Program-made: the position numbers and the translations under genes
Assembly (NCBI GenBank): GCA_904419725.1
Contig: CAJFSP010000006.1
Location: 954-64,953, forward strand
Source: Candidatus Heteroclostridium caecigallinarum
GTDB taxonomy: Bacteria > Bacillota > Clostridia > Christensenellales > CAG-314
Length of the DNA stretch: 64,000 nucleotides
Direction: 5' to 3'
In this document: positions 17,125 through 26,631 of the stretch, piece after piece
Position numbering within the stretch: position 1 is the stretch's first letter
Layout: every line of letters starts with the position of its first letter
The notes under the pieces: generated by a model
The model's input: only the letters and a program-made list of their open reading frames with translations
The model's database searches: none
What the model was told of the DNA's origin: nothing

Positions 17125-18747
17125 ATGAAAAAGAAACTTTTGACAGTGCTTTTGGCAGTTGTTATGGTTTTCGGTGTTTTCAGCCTCACCGCTTGCGGCG
17201 CTGGCACTAACCCGGACGAAGAATACAACTACTATGGCACCAAGTACGAGTTGGATGGCGACGTTAAAATAGAAGCCGCTACCTTCCAGGGCGTGTACAA
17301 AATGTTCACTACCGCGGGTAACTTCCTGCTCTACGTCGACAGTGAGTCGGATGGCGCCGCTGCCAGATTCCAGGCAATCAACAAACTTGCCCAGGAATGG
17401 GATGTGACCATCTATCACTTCAACCCTGACCTCACCGGCGGTTATGACACCACTGTGAGCGCCAACATCATTAAAGCGCTTCCTGAAACCGTAAAGGGTA
17501 GTAACATTGTAACCGTCCAGGATACTTTGACCGCTATCTCCAAGAAAAAAGCGACCGAATGGACTGACAACACTCTGTACGGCATCTCCGGCGCTGAAAG
17601 CACTACCAGCGACGGCACAACCGTAACTTATAACGGTAAAATCGCGGGTTCTGCTTCCTATGACAAAGGCGCTTTGGCGATTGCTTCCGTAGCGCTCAGA
17701 AAACCTAGTTACGCACAGTATGGCGACCCTAAGAACCCTGTGCCTGAAATGTACAACACCGGCAACATCAACACCATGAACCTGTTTGCCGACGGCAGAC
17801 TGCACATGTACAACGATGACGGCACCGACGCTCTTACCGCAGAAAAGACCGACGTGTATGTGACCGTTGCCGACTATGCGCAGTTCGCTCATCTCATGGA
17901 TAACAACGACGGTTACTTCGCCGTGTTCTTCGGCGGCACCTGGTGCCCTAACACCCAGGCTATCGCAATGCTGACCAACGACCTGGCTAAAGACTACGGC
18001 ATCAGCAAGATTTACTTCTTCGACCCACGTCTTGACGACGGCACCAAAATTGACGCCGCCGACAAAACAACAGTAGACGGTGTTGAAACAAACGTAATAA
18101 TCGAAAACAGTGCTTATCTCGCTTCCAACCTCAACACCAGAAACAGCGATATCGCCGGTCTGATGATGGATAGCGCGAAAGGCATTCTTGATGACGTTAA
18201 AGTTACGTATGCCGAAAGTGCTACTATTGACCAGCTTGCCCAGTTGATTCTGGACAATAAAACAAAAGTAGCCGCTTATGAAGAAAACGGCAAAAAGCCT
18301 TATGAAGCCTATGGCGCGTTTACTTCGCTTGATCAAGTTAAAGAGAAACTTGACGGCGGCAGATATAACTACGCTCATGTTTACGCAAAATTCCTGAAAG
18401 CGTATTTGCCTGAATACGACTCCGAATGGAACTACGGCGTGGAATTCACCATCGGCGGCGAAAAGTTCACTAAGATGTGCGTTCCTAACATGATGATGTT
18501 CAACGGCGAAGGCGCCGGCGCAGCTAAACTTGTTGGTCTGGCTGAAGCGGAATACACTTACGCCAACACCAGCGTTGAAGGCAATCCTCAGAACGTTGAG
18601 TGGACAAATGCCATCAAAGCGATTTTTGACGAGAACCCTTACGCTTACTACGCACCGCTTCCTGACGAAGTAGAAGCAACTGAAGAAGAATCTTCTGGCG
18701 AATCCAGTGCTCCTTCCGCTCCTGCTGCCGACGCGGGTGGTTGCTGA
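17125..18747 (+). CDS. Lipoprotein of unknown function with degenerate thioredoxin-like elements
   Basis: SD AGGAGG precedes the start and the lipobox is FSLTAC. A WCPNT motif stands where Trx has WCxxC, and a later CVPNMMMF resembles the cis-Pro loop. The tail is low-complexity and acidic/Ser-rich and ends in Cys. Confidence 0.8.
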   Translation: MKKKLLTVLLAVVMVFGVFSLTACGAGTNPDEEYNYYGTKYELDGDVKIEAATFQGVYKMFTTAGNFLLYVDSESDGAAARFQAINKLAQEWDVTIYHFNPDLTGGYDTTVSANIIKALPETVKGSNIVTVQDTLTAISKKKATEWTDNTLYGISGAESTTSDGTTVTYNGKIAGSASYDKGALAIASVALRKPSYAQYGDPKNPVPEMYNTGNINTMNLFADGRLHMYNDDGTDALTAEKTDVYVTVADYAQFAHLMDNNDGYFAVFFGGTWCPNTQAIAMLTNDLAKDYGISKIYFFDPRLDDGTKIDAADKTTVDGVETNVIIENSAYLASNLNTRNSDIAGLMMDSAKGILDDVKVTYAESATIDQLAQLILDNKTKVAAYEENGKKPYEAYGAFTSLDQVKEKLDGGRYNYAHVYAKFLKAYLPEYDSEWNYGVEFTIGGEKFTKMCVPNMMMFNGEGAGAAKLVGLAEAEYTYANTSVEGNPQNVEWTNAIKAIFDENPYAYYAPLPDEVEATEEESSGESSAPSAPAADAGGC

Positions 18748-18882
18748 TTAACATCGTGTTGCACCGCTGACACGGCTTTAAGCGAATCATACTGCTCATT
18801 TGTGTAACATATTGTTTTCCTATAATTCAAATTGTTGCCACAATTTTTCGCCGAAAGTCGGGTCTTACGGTTAAACAAATTT

Positions 18883-18914
18883 AACGGACGGAGAAATCCG
18901 TCCGTTACTTTTTA
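18883..18914 (+). terminator. Intrinsic terminator after the lipoprotein gene
   Basis: The stem AACGGACGGA-gaaa-TCCGTCCGTT is followed by ACTTTTT. Confidence 0.8.
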
Positions 18915-19166
18915 TAAGCGCCATATCTCGCTTACGCTTCGATATGTCGCTTGTTCAAGGCGTTTAATCGGTAGAACCAACCCTCAGTCACGCAGGGGCG
19001 TGACGGCTCCCTTTTAAAGGGAGCAACCGTGTTTTTAAGTGTATTGCCGCTTGGCTACGGCGTTTGATAAGCGTCATATCTCCCTGACGGTCGATATGCC
19101 GCTTGTTCAAGGCGTTTAATCGGTAGAGCCAACCCTTAGTCACGCCATAGGTGTGGCGGCTCACTT
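18914..19166. repeat. Two tandem copies (period ~153 nt) of a ~100-nt structured element
   Basis: The copies start at 18914 and 19067. They are ~85% identical by hand alignment, and a 28-nt core CGCTTGTTCAAGGCGTTTAATCGGTAGA is identical in both (18948-18975 and 19100-19127). Confidence 0.8.
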
Positions 19167-19225
19167 TGAAATGGGAAAGGGTTTTATTGGGGTATATACT
19201 GTATAACTGACCGACACAGTCGTGG

Positions 19226-19256
19226 CGGCCGCCCGGAAACAGGGCGGCCGTTTTTG
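19226..19256 (+). terminator. Intrinsic terminator closing the repeat region
   Basis: A perfect 9-bp stem CGGCCGCCC/GGGCGGCCG (19226-19234 paired with 19242-19250) is followed by T5. Confidence 0.8.
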
Positions 19257-19303
19257 CGTGAAGGATGTGGCGACAAAATGGCGGTTAAAAACTACAAAGC
19301 CTA

Positions 19304-19332
19304 TTGTCAACGGGTTGTTTATTTGGTATAAT
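19304..19332 (+). promoter_or_regulatory. Promoter candidate for the aminopeptidase gene (TTGTCA-17-TGgTATAAT)
   Basis: TTGTCA at 19304-19309 and an extended -10 with TATAAT at 19327-19332. This leaves a leader of ~140 nt. Confidence 0.55.
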
Positions 19333-19479
19333 ATTCTAAACGGGCGTGTTGTCCAAAGCGGGTTTTATCCCGGCGGATAGTATGCTTTTTGAGCCGCGGC
19401 GGAATAATAAACAAAGCGGCGAGCGAATATATTGAAAACACGTTATCCGCGAAATTTATAGTTAAAGAAGGTGCGTTAA

Positions 19480-20598
19480 ATGAAAGACAGCAGAATGACT
19501 GTTTTGGCGGAAAATCTGGTAAATTACAGCTGCTCGGTCAAGCCGGGCGAAAACGTCCTTATCGAGGTCACCGGCGTTGACGACGCTCTTGTGGAAGAAA
19601 TAGTCAAAGCCGTTTACAAAGCGGGCGGTTATCCGTTTGTGGAAATAGGCAGCCAAAGGGTGAACAGGGCTTTGCTCATGGGCACGAGCGAAGAGCATTG
19701 CAAGCGCTGGGCGGATTACGACGCCTACCGTATGCGCGGCATGGACGCCTACATCGGTATAAGGGGCGGCGAAAACACCTTTGAAAACAGCGATGTGCCT
19801 GGTGAAAACACAAAGACTTACAGCAAGGTGTATCAGGACAAAGTGCATCTCGACATACGCCTCGGCAAAAAGTGGGTAATCCTGCGGTATCCTAACCCAT
19901 CGATGGCGCAGCTGGCGCAGATGTCTACCGAAAAGTTCGAGGATTTTTATTTCAACGTGTGCAACCTCGACTACGGCAAAATGGACAGGGCGATGGACGC
20001 TTTGCGGGCGTATATGGCAAAGACCGACAAGGTGCGCATAGTGTCGCCGGGCACCGACCTGACCTTTTCCATAAAGGGCATACCCGGCATCAAATGCGCC
20101 GGCAAAATGAATATTCCCGACGGCGAGTTTTACACCGCGCCGGTGAGGGACAGCGTGAACGGCGTCATCACCTACAACACGCCTACAATGAACAGGGGCA
20201 AACGCTTTGAAAACATTTCGCTTACTTTCAAGGGCGGCAAAATCGTCAAGGCGACGTGCGCCAACGGGCTGGACAAGGAACTTAACGACATTTTCGACAG
20301 CGACGAGGGCGCCAGATATGTGGGCGAATTCGCCCTGGGCGTAAATCCGTACGTCAACAGCGCGATATGCGACATTCTGTTTGACGAAAAAATTTCAGGC
20401 AGCATACATTTCACGCCGGGCAACGCTTACGAGGACGCCGACAATGGCAACCGTTCCACCGTGCACTGGGATCTGGTGCTTATACAGACGCCTGAATACG
20501 GCGGCGGCGAGATTTATTTCGACAACGTGCTTATCCGCAAGGACGGCAGGTTTGTGGTCAAAGAACTCGAAGGGCTCAACCCGGAGAATCTCAAATAA
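19480..20598 (+). CDS. M29 family aminopeptidase (AmpS/PepS-like)
   Basis: The N-terminus is LAENLVNYSCSVKPGENVLIE, conserved segments are EFYTAP and HWDLV, and the length is 372 aa. Confidence 0.85.
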   Translation: MKDSRMTVLAENLVNYSCSVKPGENVLIEVTGVDDALVEEIVKAVYKAGGYPFVEIGSQRVNRALLMGTSEEHCKRWADYDAYRMRGMDAYIGIRGGENTFENSDVPGENTKTYSKVYQDKVHLDIRLGKKWVILRYPNPSMAQLAQMSTEKFEDFYFNVCNLDYGKMDRAMDALRAYMAKTDKVRIVSPGTDLTFSIKGIPGIKCAGKMNIPDGEFYTAPVRDSVNGVITYNTPTMNRGKRFENISLTFKGGKIVKATCANGLDKELNDIFDSDEGARYVGEFALGVNPYVNSAICDILFDEKISGSIHFTPGNAYEDADNGNRSTVHWDLVLIQTPEYGGGEIYFDNVLIRKDGRFVVKELEGLNPENLK

Positions 20599-21660
<1,062 letters not shown>

Positions 21661-21687
21661 CAATAAAACACGAGTCAAAAAACAAAA

Positions 21688-21714
21688 CAAGCCCGTCAAG
21701 GGCTTGTTTTTTTT
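21688..21714 (+). terminator. Intrinsic terminator after gap
   Basis: A CAAGCCC/GGGCTTG stem is followed by T8. Confidence 0.8.
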
Positions 21715-21740
21715 GCCGTTTTGCTATATCATTATTGCAT

Positions 21741-21816
21741 GCACCCGTAGTCTAACCGGATAAAACGGCGCCCTCCGACGGCGCTGTTCCGGGTTCGAAT
21801 CCCGGCGGGTGCGCCA
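21741..21816 (+). tRNA. tRNA-Arg (anticodon CCG), CCA encoded
   Basis: The acceptor stem is GCACCCG/CGGGTGC, the anticodon stem is GCGCC/GGCGC with loop CTCCGAC, and the T-arm is CCGGG-TTCGAAT-CCCGG. The 3' end is GCCA. There is one mismatch in the D stem. Confidence 0.9.
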
Positions 21817-21818
21817 AC

Positions 21819-21843
21819 GGCGTGAGGTTTCACGCCTTTTCTT
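21819..21843 (+). terminator. Intrinsic terminator after the tRNA
   Basis: A GGCGTGA/TCACGCC stem is followed by TTTT. Confidence 0.65.
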
Positions 21844-21896
21844 GTATTTGGCAGGCGGGGCAAGGTGTGGTATAATACCGTCGTCCACACGAGATT

Positions 21897-22748
21897 ATGA
21901 AAATAGGTTTTTTTGTTTTTTCCGGCACGGGCAATACCGGGCGGGTGTGCGCCCGCGCCGCCGAATTGATGGAGAAGGCGGGGCACGAAACACAAACGGT
22001 TTATATCACGGGCGGCGCCGTGCCGCCGGCCGGTTTCGACCGCATAGTGCTGGGGTATCCCGTGCACGCTTTCAACGCGCCGTCGCCCGTTTTGAAATTC
22101 ATTAAAAACATGCCGCGCGGCTCTGCGCCCGTGTATCTCATGCAGACGTCGGGCGAGGCGCTCAAACTCAACACAGCGGCCACGGTGACGCCCGCGCGCA
22201 TGCTCCGCCGCCGCGGATACGACGTGCGCGGCGCTTTTTGGTACGTCATGCCTTACAACATTATTTTTCGCCACAGCGACGCAATGGCGTCGCGGATGTG
22301 GCGCACCGCCGAACTGCGTCTGCCGAAAGACGCGCGCAGCGTGATTGACGGCGGCAGGGGAATGTACAGGGTGGGCGCCGTGAGCCGTTTTGTGTCTTTC
22401 GTTTTGAAAATAGAGCACACCGCCATGCCGTTTATAGGCAGAAGGTTCAAAGCGGAAGATAAGTGTACGGGCTGCGGGCTGTGCGCCGACAGGTGCCCGC
22501 GCGGCAACATAGCGATGTCGGGCGGCAAACCCCGATTCGGCAAAAAATGCGTGGGGTGCATGCGCTGCGTGTTCAACTGTCCGTCAAACGCCGTTTCGCC
22601 GTCGATATTCAAAGGCTGGCGGGTCAACGGCGCCTATGACTTCAATGCGCCTCCCGCCGAAGACGGGGAAATATGCCGTTTTTGCGGCAAGTCTTATAAA
22701 AAATATTTCCGCGCCGCCGAAGAAGGGAAAGAATACGCCAAAAAATAA
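21897..22748 (+). CDS. Flavodoxin-like domain fused to a 2x[4Fe-4S] ferredoxin domain (EFR1-family ferredoxin-like)
   Basis: The N-terminus is KIGFFVFSGTGNT and there are two CxxCxxCxxxCP motifs (CTGCGLCADRCP and CVGCMRCVFNCP). An extended -10 promoter lies at about 21848-21876. Confidence 0.7.
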   Translation: MKIGFFVFSGTGNTGRVCARAAELMEKAGHETQTVYITGGAVPPAGFDRIVLGYPVHAFNAPSPVLKFIKNMPRGSAPVYLMQTSGEALKLNTAATVTPARMLRRRGYDVRGAFWYVMPYNIIFRHSDAMASRMWRTAELRLPKDARSVIDGGRGMYRVGAVSRFVSFVLKIEHTAMPFIGRRFKAEDKCTGCGLCADRCPRGNIAMSGGKPRFGKKCVGCMRCVFNCPSNAVSPSIFKGWRVNGAYDFNAPPAEDGEICRFCGKSYKKYFRAAEEGKEYAKK

Positions 22749-22756
22749 AGACGCCG

Positions 22757-23269
22757 TCAGGCGTCTTTTTTGTTGTTTTCGTCTTTTTCGAGCAGTTTTG
22801 CCAGCGCTTCCTGCTTCGCCAGAATGCGGTTGACTTTTTTGTACAGGTCTTCAATGAGTATTTCCGTTTTTAGGTTGACTTTGTAGTCGTTTTCGGCGCG
22901 TCTGCGGTCTTTTTCTTCTTGGCGGTTTTGGCTCATCATAATGAGCGGAGCCTGCACCGCCGCTACGCAGGACAGCACCAGGTTGAGCAATATGAACGGG
23001 TAAGGGTCAAAGGCGTTTGTCGCCATTATTATGTTTATGACCATCCACGCCAGTAATACGCCGACAAACGAAAAGATAAAAGCCCAACTGCCGGCAAACT
23101 TGGCTATCGCGTCGGCGGCGCGCTGGCCGACTGTGGCGCGTTTTTTTGTTTCGGTGTCGGTGTTGACGGAAATCTTGCTGCCGGCGAGCAGAGCCAGAAT
23201 TTCCTCATCGGTCATATCGTGGCGGATATCGTTTATAATTTCGCTTATAAGTTCTTTATTGTTTTTCAT
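22757..23269 (-). CDS. DUF1003 family membrane protein
   Basis: It has two TM helices (WAFIFSFVGVLLAWMVINI and FILLNLVLSCVAAVQAPLIMMSQNRQ) followed by a coiled-coil tail, which is the typical DUF1003 layout. Confidence 0.7.
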   Translation of the reverse strand: MKNNKELISEIINDIRHDMTDEEILALLAGSKISVNTDTETKKRATVGQRAADAIAKFAGSWAFIFSFVGVLLAWMVINIIMATNAFDPYPFILLNLVLSCVAAVQAPLIMMSQNRQEEKDRRRAENDYKVNLKTEILIEDLYKKVNRILAKQEALAKLLEKDENNKKDA

Positions 23270-23347
23270 AACTTGCCTCGCTTGTTGTTTGCCTTGTTAT
23301 ATTAACACCGCCGCGAGCAAAAAAGCAACATAAAGCGGCTTAATTTA

Positions 23348-23375
23348 TAAAACCGTCCATTCGGACGGTTTCTGA
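23348..23375 (-). terminator. Probable terminator after the LRR gene
   Basis: The stem is AACCGTCC/GGACGGTT with a 4-nt loop. The U-tract on the minus strand is short (UUUUAU). Confidence 0.45.
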
Positions 23376-23499
23376 TGAGTTGTTAAGTTTGTTTGTCCGC
23401 TTTTTGGCGCAAGCCGGCAAATGTCGCTGTGCGGTAATGTGCCGCCGCAAGTCTTACGCCGCTGTCTTGTCGCGGCGACTGTTTATTAAAACGCGAGCC

Positions 23500-24597
23500 T
23501 TATTTTTGTTTTATAAATTTTATGCCGCATTTTTTGCACTTGCCAAACATCGACAAGCCGTTTAATCCGCAACAGATAGGGCAATTTACAAAGTGAAAGC
23601 CTTTTGGGTAAACAATGGTGTCTATTTTGGTGTAGCCGTCAAAAATGCCGATAGAACTGATGATGGCTTTACCCAAAGACTCCTCGTCAAGCGTCAAAGT
23701 GCCTTGCAGCAATTGTCCGTTTGTGAAAATTGAGCGTATGGTTGGTATTGTAAGTCCGTCGGTGAAGTATGCCGTATTAAACCCGCCCTCTTCCGGGTCG
23801 ATAAATTCTTCCGGGCAGACGCGGTATTTTTTGAAAAGTTTTTCCAGATAATTGACGATGGATTTATCGTCCAACGCGTTGTTGGTGTGTATATTCAAAT
23901 ATTTGTTGCAATCGGCGTAAAGTTTTATAAGGGCTCTTGTATCGCCGTCGTAATACAAATCTATCGGACCGCATTTGCCAAAGACATAGTTACAAATCAG
24001 TTTGAGACTGCGTGGCAGACTGACTTTTGTGAGCGATTTGCATCCGTAAAAAGCCAACGGCCCGACAGTTGTGCCTTTTATTTCTACCTCGGTAAGAGCG
24101 GCGCAGTCCAAAAACGCCGCCGCGCCTGTTTCTTTGAGAGTGGACGGCAAAACAATGTTTTTGAGAGACGAGCATCGGGCAAAAGCGCAGTCGCCGATTG
24201 TGGTGACGCCTTCAGGTATTACAACGCTTTTAAGGCTTTTGCACTCAAAAAAGGCGCCGTTGCCTATGGCTTTCAAAGACGAAGGCAAGGTGACGGATGT
24301 CAGGTATTTGCATTTATTAAAGGCGTCCGCGCCTATTTCCAGCACGCCCTCCGGCACTTCAACGTTTGTGGAGGAGCCGTTGTATTTTTTGAGAATTCCG
24401 CCGACTATTTCAAAATCCTGCTTACCGCCGTAAATATTTACTACTTCCGCCGTTATGTTGTTTGTAACGTTGAAATTCTGCACGGCTTTTTCCACAATAA
24501 ACGCCGCGCCGCAATATGGGCATACCATAGCGTCTTTACTTTTGTCCACTTGCAGCACTCCGCCGCAGTTTGTGCATTTCGCGTTTACCAAAGCCAT
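23500..24597 (-). CDS. BspA-type leucine-rich-repeat (LRR_5) protein with N- and C-terminal zinc ribbons and no signal peptide
   Basis: SD GGAGG lies 6 nt upstream. The N-terminal ribbon is CTNCGG..CPYCG, followed by about six ~23-aa repeats (e.g. IPEGVTTIGDCAFARCSSLKNIV). The C-terminal ribbon is CPICCG..CKKCG. Confidence 0.75.
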   Translation of the reverse strand: MALVNAKCTNCGGVLQVDKSKDAMVCPYCGAAFIVEKAVQNFNVTNNITAEVVNIYGGKQDFEIVGGILKKYNGSSTNVEVPEGVLEIGADAFNKCKYLTSVTLPSSLKAIGNGAFFECKSLKSVVIPEGVTTIGDCAFARCSSLKNIVLPSTLKETGAAAFLDCAALTEVEIKGTTVGPLAFYGCKSLTKVSLPRSLKLICNYVFGKCGPIDLYYDGDTRALIKLYADCNKYLNIHTNNALDDKSIVNYLEKLFKKYRVCPEEFIDPEEGGFNTAYFTDGLTIPTIRSIFTNGQLLQGTLTLDEESLGKAIISSIGIFDGYTKIDTIVYPKGFHFVNCPICCGLNGLSMFGKCKKCGIKFIKQK

Positions 24598-24700
24598 TTT
24601 AAGCCTCCGATATTTTTATTTTTACCGCTTTATTATATCATTTACGTTAGCAAAACGCAATGGCGAACCTTTTGGCCGTGGTAATTATTGCCGTAATATT

Positions 24701-24729
24701 TTGCAAATACTTTGGTTTTGTATTATAAT
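24701..24729 (+). promoter_or_regulatory. Promoter candidate for mnmA (TTGCAA-17-TATAAT)
   Basis: TTGCAA at 24701-24706 and TATAAT at 24724-24729. The mnmA ATG follows at 24739. Confidence 0.55.
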
Positions 24730-24738
24730 ACAATCATA

Positions 24739-25833
24739 ATGGATAATTTGTGTAAAGGCAAAACCGTTGTGGTGGGTATGAGCGGCGGGGTGGACAGTTC
24801 CGTCGCCGCGCTGCTTCTCAAACGGCAAGGTTACAACGTAATAGGGCTGTATATGTCCAACTGGGAAGAAAAGGACGAAGGCGGGCACTGCACGGGCGAA
24901 CAGGATTTCGAGGACGTGCGCCGTGTGTGCAACGGGCTGGATATCCCGTATTATACCGTCAATTTCGCCAAAGAATACATGGACAGGGTCTTTTCTTATT
25001 TTCTGGACGAATACAGAAACGGCCGCACGCCAAACCCCGACGTGCTGTGCAACAGGGAAATAAAATTCGGGCCTTTTTTGAAATACGCTCTGTCGCTGGG
25101 GGCTGATTATATCGCCACGGGGCATTATTGCGGCATTGAGCACGAAGGCGGCGTCCACCGGCTTAAAAAGGCGAAGGACCGGAACAAAGACCAGACTTAT
25201 TTTCTCAACCAGCTGAGCCAGAGCCAGCTGGAAAAGGTTTTGTTTCCGCTGGCGGGCCTGGATAAAAACGACGTCCGCGAAATCGCCCGTCAAAACAATA
25301 TTTACACCGCGGCGAAAAAAGACTCCACGGGAATATGCTTTATAGGCGAGCGTAATTTCCGCGCTTTTCTTAAAAATTATCTGCCGTGTCAGCCGGGCGA
25401 TATACTGACGCTTGACGGCAAAAAGGTCGGGCGGCATATAGGTCTTATGTATTACACGCTGGGGCAGCGCCGCGGGCTGAACATAGGCGGCACGAAAGAT
25501 GGCAACGGCAGGTGGTTCGTGGCGGAAAAAGACCTTAAAAACAACGTGCTTTACGTCAGCCACGGCGACGAAGAACCGCTGATGAGCGTCAGTCTCACGG
25601 CGGGCGGGTTCAACTGGATACCGTCCGAACCGGACGCCAAAGAGTTTGCCTGCAAGGCGAAGTTCCGTTACAGACAGCCCGAACAGGGCGTCAGGGTGAA
25701 AATACTCGGCGGCGGAAAAGTCGAAATGGTTTTTGACGAAAAACAGCGCGCCGTGACGCCTGGACAGTTCGCCGTGCTATATGACGGCGATTACTGCATT
25801 GGCGGCGGCGTTATCGACAGCGTCGTCAAGTGA
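24739..25833 (+). CDS. mnmA: tRNA 2-thiouridine(34) synthase
   Basis: It has the PP-loop [15 protein letters not shown] and the segments NPDVLCN, DQTYFL and the C-terminal QFAVLYDG. The ATG at 24739 is preferred over the TTG at 24712, which lies inside the promoter. Confidence 0.9.
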   Translation: MDNLCKGKTVVVGMSGGVDSSVAALLLKRQGYNVIGLYMSNWEEKDEGGHCTGEQDFEDVRRVCNGLDIPYYTVNFAKEYMDRVFSYFLDEYRNGRTPNPDVLCNREIKFGPFLKYALSLGADYIATGHYCGIEHEGGVHRLKKAKDRNKDQTYFLNQLSQSQLEKVLFPLAGLDKNDVREIARQNNIYTAAKKDSTGICFIGERNFRAFLKNYLPCQPGDILTLDGKKVGRHIGLMYYTLGQRRGLNIGGTKDGNGRWFVAEKDLKNNVLYVSHGDEEPLMSVSLTAGGFNWIPSEPDAKEFACKAKFRYRQPEQGVRVKILGGGKVEMVFDEKQRAVTPGQFAVLYDGDYCIGGGVIDSVVK

Positions 25834-25836
25834 ATT

Positions 25837-26631
25837 ATGTCTGACAGTATCGGAATAAACACAACAAAAAAACGCAGGGTGTGGGAAGTGGATTTCATCC
25901 GCGGTTTTTGCATGCTGTTTGTCATATGGGATCACCTTATGTACGATTTCGGCATGATTTTTCTGTTTGATTTTTCCACGCCCGTGGGACAGGCGATAGG
26001 CAGATTCGCCAGGGAATACTGGTACAGCGGAATAAGAGCCGCCACACACGACTATTTCGTCGGCGCTTTCGTGGTGGTGTCCGGGCTGTCGACGGTGTTT
26101 TCCAAAAACAACTGGATAAAGGCGCTTAAAGTTTTTGCCGCCGCCATGGTGGTGACCCTTGCCACGCACGTCGCGACGGAAACGGGCATGGTCAGCGGCG
26201 TGGTGATAAACTATGGCGTTTTGCATATGCTGGCGACGTGCGGCATAGTGTACTGCGTGCTCAAAGCGCTGCGCGTGCCCGACTGGATGATATTCGTCCT
26301 GGGCGTCGCCGCGCTTACGCTCGGTTTTTATTTTGAGTCCGTAAACCTGCGCGAGCCGATAGGGCTGATATTTCTGTTCGAGAACATGAGCGCCCGTGGC
26401 TGGTCGCCGGGCGATTTCTTTCCGCTGATGCCGTGGCTGGGCTGGTTTCTGCTCGGCGCGGTGCTGGGCAACCTGCTGTATAAAGACAAAAGCACCAGAC
26501 TGGGCTTCGTCAACGAAAAATTCGTGGCGCCGGTTACTTTCGTGGGCAGACACTCATTGCTGTTTTATCTGCTGAGCCAGGGCATAGGCGTGGCTCTGCT
26601 GTTTATATTGGTTACCTTGGGGTGGTTATGA
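25837..26631 (+). CDS. DUF1624 / HGSNAT-like polytopic membrane protein (acyltransferase-like)
   Basis: The N-terminal signature is VDFIRGFCMLFVIWDHL and there are about 8 hydrophobic helices. It starts 3 nt after the mnmA stop. Confidence 0.65.
   Translation: MSDSIGINTTKKRRVWEVDFIRGFCMLFVIWDHLMYDFGMIFLFDFSTPVGQAIGRFAREYWYSGIRAATHDYFVGAFVVVSGLSTVFSKNNWIKALKVFAAAMVVTLATHVATETGMVSGVVINYGVLHMLATCGIVYCVLKALRVPDWMIFVLGVAALTLGFYFESVNLREPIGLIFLFENMSARGWSPGDFFPLMPWLGWFLLGAVLGNLLYKDKSTRLGFVNEKFVAPVTFVGRHSLLFYLLSQGIGVALLFILVTLGWL

Noticed and set aside
17110-18378. 422-aa minus-strand ORF.
   Set aside because: It is antisense to the lipoprotein gene, which has a consensus promoter, an SD, a lipobox and a terminator. 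There is no independent signal.
18832-19017. 61-aa plus-strand ORF running through the terminator and repeat copy 1.
   Set aside because: It crosses a strong intrinsic terminator and has no SD. The frame is broken by a 1-nt indel in copy 2, so it is treated as non-coding.
18914-19166. Possibility that the tandem repeat is a CRISPR array.
   Set aside because: There are only two copies, the units are about 100 nt with a spacer of about 50 nt, there are no cas genes, and the repeats are imperfect. None of this is CRISPR-like.
21732-22418. 228-aa minus-strand ORF.
   Set aside because: It overlaps the tRNA-Arg gene and its terminator and is antisense to the flavodoxin/ferredoxin gene. Its composition is Arg/Ala/His-rich.
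23887-24684. 265-aa plus-strand ORF.
   Set aside because: It is antisense to the LRR gene, which has an SD at the correct spacing and a clear repeat architecture.
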